Assembly (NCBI GenBank): GCA_028865725.1
Contig: JAGWJP010000002.1
Span: forward strand, 168,050 to 232,049
Source: Patescibacteria group bacterium
GTDB taxonomy: Bacteria > Patescibacteriota > Minisyncoccia > UBA6257 > JACRHW01
Direction of reading: 5' to 3'
Length of the DNA stretch: 64,000 nt
The translations under genes and the position numbers were made by a program. This document shows, piece after piece, positions 59,911-64,000 of the stretch (its first letter is position 1; each line of letters starts with the position of its first letter). A model generated the notes under the pieces. The model saw only the letters and a list, made by a program, of their open reading frames with translations. It searched no databases and was not told where the DNA came from.

Positions 59911-60834
59911 TGTTTTACAATATCTAATGAACCCTTCGGAGATAATCTCCGCAACGCGCTCTCTGCCCTGTGCGGTAGACAAAAAATGCAAATCAATATT
60001 ATTTCGCATATTACCGGTCTCAACTAAGACACAATCCTCTGCTCGGTTAAATCGCGGATCAATCACCATGTATCCTCGTTTCATGCTGGAATGAAAGATA
60101 ATCTCCTCGTACCCACGGCGCTTTACGCGTGCCATCTTATTCTGTTTTGCCACATAAGCAATTGATGTACTTAAATACGAGTGGGTACCATAAAATGAAT
60201 ATACGCGTATCCCGCGCGTAAGTGGCGCCGTGGAATCTACATGGACAGACACAAACAAAACATGCCGCCTCCCAAAACGGCGTACTTTCTGGTTTACTAC
60301 CTCGGTACGGCAGCTTAAAATCCGTTCAAGATCAGTACGTGCATAGGGGGAAGAAGGAAGCAATACCTTAAGATCCATCATGTGAGGGGGTGGTGCACAA
60401 GGATGCCAAAATGCATAACTATCATTACGCGTTGAATAAGGCGGATCCTCCAAGGTCTTATACACACCTGAAGCACCATGCCGAGCGAGATTCCACACTA
60501 AACGCCGTGCAAGATCAAACGTAATGGCACTCTCCGCAATAGAAATCTTTTTATTGCCCTCGAGAACGAGAGTGCGTATTGCTCCCGGATCATTATCTCC
60601 GTGCCCAGGATCTACGACGATATAAAAACCGCGGAGCGTCGAATCTTTGGGAATCGCGGTACGCATAGATGCAACCTCATGTTTTTGGGCGAAAATTTCC
60701 TGTTGAATTTCAAGCGCAGAGGGTGCGCGCGGCACACGCGCCATCACGATTGCACTCACCCCAATAAGAAACAGCGCGCACAACACTCCTATGCGCTTCA
60801 TGTTCCTCATCCTTTCCTTACATAGTAATGGCAA
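59902..60834 (-). CDS. N-acetylmuramoyl-L-alanine amidase (Amidase_3 family), secreted
   Basis: Signal peptide; IVVDPGHGDNDPGA, LFVSVHVDS and VLVETGNMRNNID zinc-ligand motifs of the AmiC/CwlD family. Confidence 0.75.
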   Translation of the reverse strand: MPLLCKERMRNMKRIGVLCALFLIGVSAIVMARVPRAPSALEIQQEIFAQKHEVASMRTAIPKDSTLRGFYIVVDPGHGDNDPGAIRTLVLEGNKKISIAESAITFDLARRLVWNLARHGASGVYKTLEDPPYSTRNDSYAFWHPCAPPPHMMDLKVLLPSSPYARTDLERILSCRTEVVNQKVRRFGRRHVLFVSVHVDSTAPLTRGIRVYSFYGTHSYLSTSIAYVAKQNKMARVKRRGYEEIIFHSSMKRGYMVIDPRFNRAEDCVLVETGNMRNNIDLHFLSTAQGRERVAEIISEGFIRYCKTQK

Positions 60835-60906
60835 TGAACTATCCCTATCCTCCCCTATTTATTATTGTAAAGTCAAGGATGCTGCAAGGGCGGCTCACAC
60901 ATGAAT

Positions 60907-61371
60907 CTAAAGATGCATATCCACCCTCTCACCTTCTGTGATACCATGGTGCTCTGAAAACCCTCCGTTTACCTCAAGCACATACTGTGCGGGGTGCGCA
61001 GGACTATATGTTTTTGGAGGTGCTCCCTCTATCAGGGGCGGCACGCGATGAGCAATAGTGATAATGGTGCCTTGTCCATCGATCCATATGATATCGAGAG
61101 GGAAGTTCATGTGGGGCATCCAAAATTGGTAGTATTCAGGATGAGAAAACACAAAAAGCATACCCGATGACGATGCCAATGCGGTACGGTACGAAAGTCC
61201 GCGTTCCTGCTCCTCCGGCGTATCTGCGCGTTCAACGGAAATAGTAGTGCTTCCTATAGTGACAAAAGGGCCTTGAATATGCCGAAGCGGCCTCAAATAA
61301 AAACCGGATAATAGAAAAAATGCGCTTATGAAAAGCGCCGCAACTCCTCCTATCCACACATACGTCTTCAT
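60907..61371 (-). CDS. DUF192 (COG1430) family protein with N-terminal membrane anchor
   Basis: ...MLFVFSHPEYYQFWMPHMNFPLDIIWIDGQGTI... matches the DUF192 conserved core. Confidence 0.6.
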   Translation of the reverse strand: MKTYVWIGGVAALFISAFFLLSGFYLRPLRHIQGPFVTIGSTTISVERADTPEEQERGLSYRTALASSSGMLFVFSHPEYYQFWMPHMNFPLDIIWIDGQGTIITIAHRVPPLIEGAPPKTYSPAHPAQYVLEVNGGFSEHHGITEGERVDMHL

Positions 61372-61422
61372 ATCTCATATCTTAACGAAGAATAAAAATC
61401 ACGGCAATGCCGTGACAAGTTG

Positions 61423-61932
61423 TTATATTCTCTGAAAGGTAACAAATGAATAGGGGTACGGATTTTTTCCATCTGGCAAGTACGACTCGCGCAGAACCTC
61501 TTTCCATTGGCCTGAACCTTCAAACATAGGAAAAAAGGCATCGCCCTCAAACTCAGCATCAATACAGGTAAGGTGCAAGCGCCGTGCGGGCCACTCCCCT
61601 TCCAACGCAAGGAATTGTTCATAGAGTGAAGCGCCGCCGATAACCATAAGTTCTTTTACATTCTCGGCATATCCATGAAGGATCGCACCATCAATGGAAT
61701 GCGTCACGACACACGATGGAATCTCAATATCCTGATGCGTCACAATGACATTTTTTCGATTGGGAAGCGGCTTGCCGATCGAATCAAAGGTCTTCTTCCC
61801 CATCACCACCATCTTCCCTGCCGTAAGCGCACGAAAATGCTGCATGTCCGCCGGAAGCCTTCCCCACGGCAGGGCATTCTTATTGCCAATCACCCGATTT
61901 CTTCCCATTGCTGCAATCAGAGAAATGAACAT
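61423..61932 (-). CDS. folA: Dihydrofolate reductase
   Basis: MFISLIAAMGRNRVIGNKNALPWGRLPADMQHFRALTAGKMVVMGKKTFDSIG DHFR signature. Confidence 0.85.
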   Translation of the reverse strand: MFISLIAAMGRNRVIGNKNALPWGRLPADMQHFRALTAGKMVVMGKKTFDSIGKPLPNRKNVIVTHQDIEIPSCVVTHSIDGAILHGYAENVKELMVIGGASLYEQFLALEGEWPARRLHLTCIDAEFEGDAFFPMFEGSGQWKEVLRESYLPDGKNPYPYSFVTFQRI

Positions 61933-61946
61933 ATGACAGATACCTC

Positions 61947-62861
61947 CTATACCGCCATGGGAGCCGAAATCGCTCTATAGCTTTGATAATCTTCTAATTT
62001 AATATCATCCATAGTGAAAGAGTCAATATCATGCACATCAGGATTGAGCCAAAGTGTAGGAAGGGGGAGAGGTTCTCTCGTCAGTTGTTCGCGCACTTGA
62101 TCAAAATGATTGTGATAAATGTGGGCATCGCCTAGCGTATGAATAAATTCTCCTGCTTCAAGTCCTGTCACTTGCGCCACCATATGTAAGAGAAGAGCGT
62201 AGGAAGCAATATTAAACGGGACACCAAGAAACATATCACAACTGCGCTGATACATTTGGAGCGAGAGTTTCTTATCTGCATAAAAAAATTGAAACAGCAC
62301 ATGACACGGCGGAAGCGCCATCTCTTCCAGTTCAGCAGGATTCCATGCACTTACAATAAGACGACGATCATAAGGATTATGCTTGATGCCATCAATAACT
62401 CGGGCAATTTGATCGACGTTTGAACCATCAACGCCACGCCACGTTCTCCATTGTACGCCATACACACGCCCCATATCACCGTCAAAATGTGCTTTCGATT
62501 TCCAGTATTCTGCTTCCCTATTTTCAGTCCAGATCGTCCTTTTCGATTCATCCCGCGTACCATGAAGAATCTCCGCAAGTCTCCGTTCATCACCAGACCC
62601 TTCGAGAAACCAAAGCATTTCACTTACCACCGATTTCCATGCAAGCTTTTTCGTAGTCACCGCAGGAAATCCATCCCTCATATCATAACGCATCTGCATA
62701 CCAAACACGCCTCGCGTATCAATACCCGTCCTATTAGGACGATCGAGACCGTTGTCAAGAATATGTTGCAATACGCGAAGATATTGTTTCATAGATTTTT
62801 GTTCCTCCTTCTTATTATATTGGAAACGAGCTGTGTTTAGAATATCACGGGCAAATCCCAA
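61947..62861 (-). CDS. thyA: Thymidylate synthase
   Basis: MKQYLRVLQHILDNG...RTGIDTRGVFGMQMRYDM..., active-site region ...PPCH..FQFY...; likely start at the Met at 62789. Confidence 0.9.
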   Translation of the reverse strand: MGFARDILNTARFQYNKKEEQKSMKQYLRVLQHILDNGLDRPNRTGIDTRGVFGMQMRYDMRDGFPAVTTKKLAWKSVVSEMLWFLEGSGDERRLAEILHGTRDESKRTIWTENREAEYWKSKAHFDGDMGRVYGVQWRTWRGVDGSNVDQIARVIDGIKHNPYDRRLIVSAWNPAELEEMALPPCHVLFQFFYADKKLSLQMYQRSCDMFLGVPFNIASYALLLHMVAQVTGLEAGEFIHTLGDAHIYHNHFDQVREQLTREPLPLPTLWLNPDVHDIDSFTMDDIKLEDYQSYRAISAPMAV

Positions 62862-62955
62862 ATGCTATCTTTTTTTCTTTTTTCAAAAAGCAACATAAGT
62901 AAAAAAACGGGTCAATTCTTTCTCAAAACAAAAAAAACGTGTAGGCTAAAGGAAA

Positions 62956-63645
62956 TTGATTTCATTTATCTATTTCACCATGACACTTGGCGATGCGGCA
63001 ATTACGGAAGCAATGAAAAAAGGGAACATCATAATTCATCCCTTCAAAGCGGAAAACTTAAAAACATCAAGCTACGATGTCTCACTGGGATCATATTATT
63101 TTCGCGAACAACGTCCGGATAATTATGTGCATCTCTATAACATCTACAACAAAGAACACGTTGATCGGGTATGGGGCACGCAATATTACACGGCAGAAAA
63201 GGCATCAAAGGTGCTCAAGCATTTTGATTTCAAAGGCATCACGCCCGCTGATAAGGTAATTCTTCTCGAACCCGGCGAAACGATTCTCGCCCATACCAAC
63301 GAATTTATCGGTGGACGTGGTACTATTACCACCATGATGAAAGCGCGTTCATCTTTGGGTAGAAATTTCATCGAAGTGTGCAAGTGCGCTGGCTGGGGCG
63401 ATGTCGGATATGTGAATCGCTGGACAATGGAAATCACCAACAATTCGCGCCATTACACCATTCCCCTCGTCGTGGGGCGCCGCGTTGCACAAATTATCTT
63501 TTTTGACGTACAAAAGATATCGGCACACGATTACGCATCCGATGGAAAATACCAGAGCATCACGGATATAAAAAAGTTAAAAACAAGCTGGAATCCGCAC
63601 ATGATGCTTCCTCGCCTCTATCTTGATAGAGAAGTGGCGTTATAA
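62956..63645 (+). CDS. dcd: dCTP deaminase (dUTPase superfamily)
   Basis: MTLGDAAITEAMKKGNIIIHPFKAENLKTSSYDVSLGSYYF matches the Dcd N-terminus; likely start at 62980. Confidence 0.8.
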   Translation: MISFIYFTMTLGDAAITEAMKKGNIIIHPFKAENLKTSSYDVSLGSYYFREQRPDNYVHLYNIYNKEHVDRVWGTQYYTAEKASKVLKHFDFKGITPADKVILLEPGETILAHTNEFIGGRGTITTMMKARSSLGRNFIEVCKCAGWGDVGYVNRWTMEITNNSRHYTIPLVVGRRVAQIIFFDVQKISAHDYASDGKYQSITDIKKLKTSWNPHMMLPRLYLDREVAL

Positions 63646-63666
63646 TCCATCTCCATTTTCATTATT

Positions 63667-63831
63667 ATGCACCATGATATACCGCACGCAAAAGAGCTAA
63701 AAAAGTTACTTGACATTGTTCTTGGCGCATATCAGGACGAGAGTGATACTATACTTCATGAAATCGATACTCTACTCACGACCTATGAAGCACAACAAAA
63801 TGACAATAATAGCTCTCCCTCACTATGACTG
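63667..63831 (+). CDS. Small hypothetical ORF (54 aa)
   Basis: ATGA overlap with the following ORF; no motif. Confidence 0.25.
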
Positions 63832-64000
63832 AACGTTTCCCTTCTTTCTCGTCGCACACATTACCAGAACCTCTCTCACTCCGCGAGAAAGAGTATGTGA
63901 GCAAACTTATTACAGAGGAAATAGCACGTGTCGCCGATGCAACCTCAGAGCTTATGGCGCTGCAACAACAACGTTTAGAGGCACTCATAAAAAAAGACAC
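63826..64000 (+). CDS. Hypothetical protein, N-terminal fragment (continues beyond the window)
   Basis: Open frame MTERFPSFSSHTLPEPLSLREKEYVSKLITEEIARVADATSELMALQQQRLEALIKKD to the window end. Confidence 0.3.

Overview
This 64 kb window looks like a chromosomal segment from a small-genome bacterium, probably a CPR/Patescibacteria-like lineage. The reasons are a 16S rRNA with a roughly 110 nt expansion hairpin and no visible CCUCC anti-SD tail, few Shine-Dalgarno motifs, many small hypothetical proteins, a lamin-tail-domain surface protein and an array of VirB2-like small proteins. Most of the window is housekeeping genes: nrdJ (partial), ftsA-ftsZ, ybeY-rpsU, a HIT-family gene, hisS, lepB, pth, a trmL-like gene, the 16S rRNA gene, cca, recG, rluA-like, rplS, murD, rpsA, gyrA, dprA, topA, rel, parB, tsaC, an amidase gene, folA-thyA and dcd. 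There are seven tRNA genes: Pro-CGG, Arg-TCG, Leu-GAG, Leu-TAA, Ile-GAT, Leu-CAA, and partial tRNA-Ile and tRNA-Leu copies. The most unusual content is a co-directional minus-strand block at 26.9-34.0 kb. It holds three proteasome-like Ntn-hydrolase genes: a beta subunit with propeptide and Thr1, a Thr-less alpha-like subunit, and an HslV-like protein with a probable GTG-Thr start. These are followed by a processive GT2 glycosyltransferase and two paralogous unknown proteins flanking a small ORF. Other notable items are four tandem TrbC/VirB2-like small secreted proteins next to a convergent ATP-grasp plus methyltransferase pair, tRNA genes flanked by half-tRNA copies carrying a recurring GC-rich CGCATGCG palindromic element, and two tandem paralogs sharing a Cys/His motif. 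There is also a frameshifted M50-like protease, an atypical kinase-like protein and a 38 bp perfect palindrome between rel and parB. All calls are from reading the sequence and ORF translations; no database searches were run.
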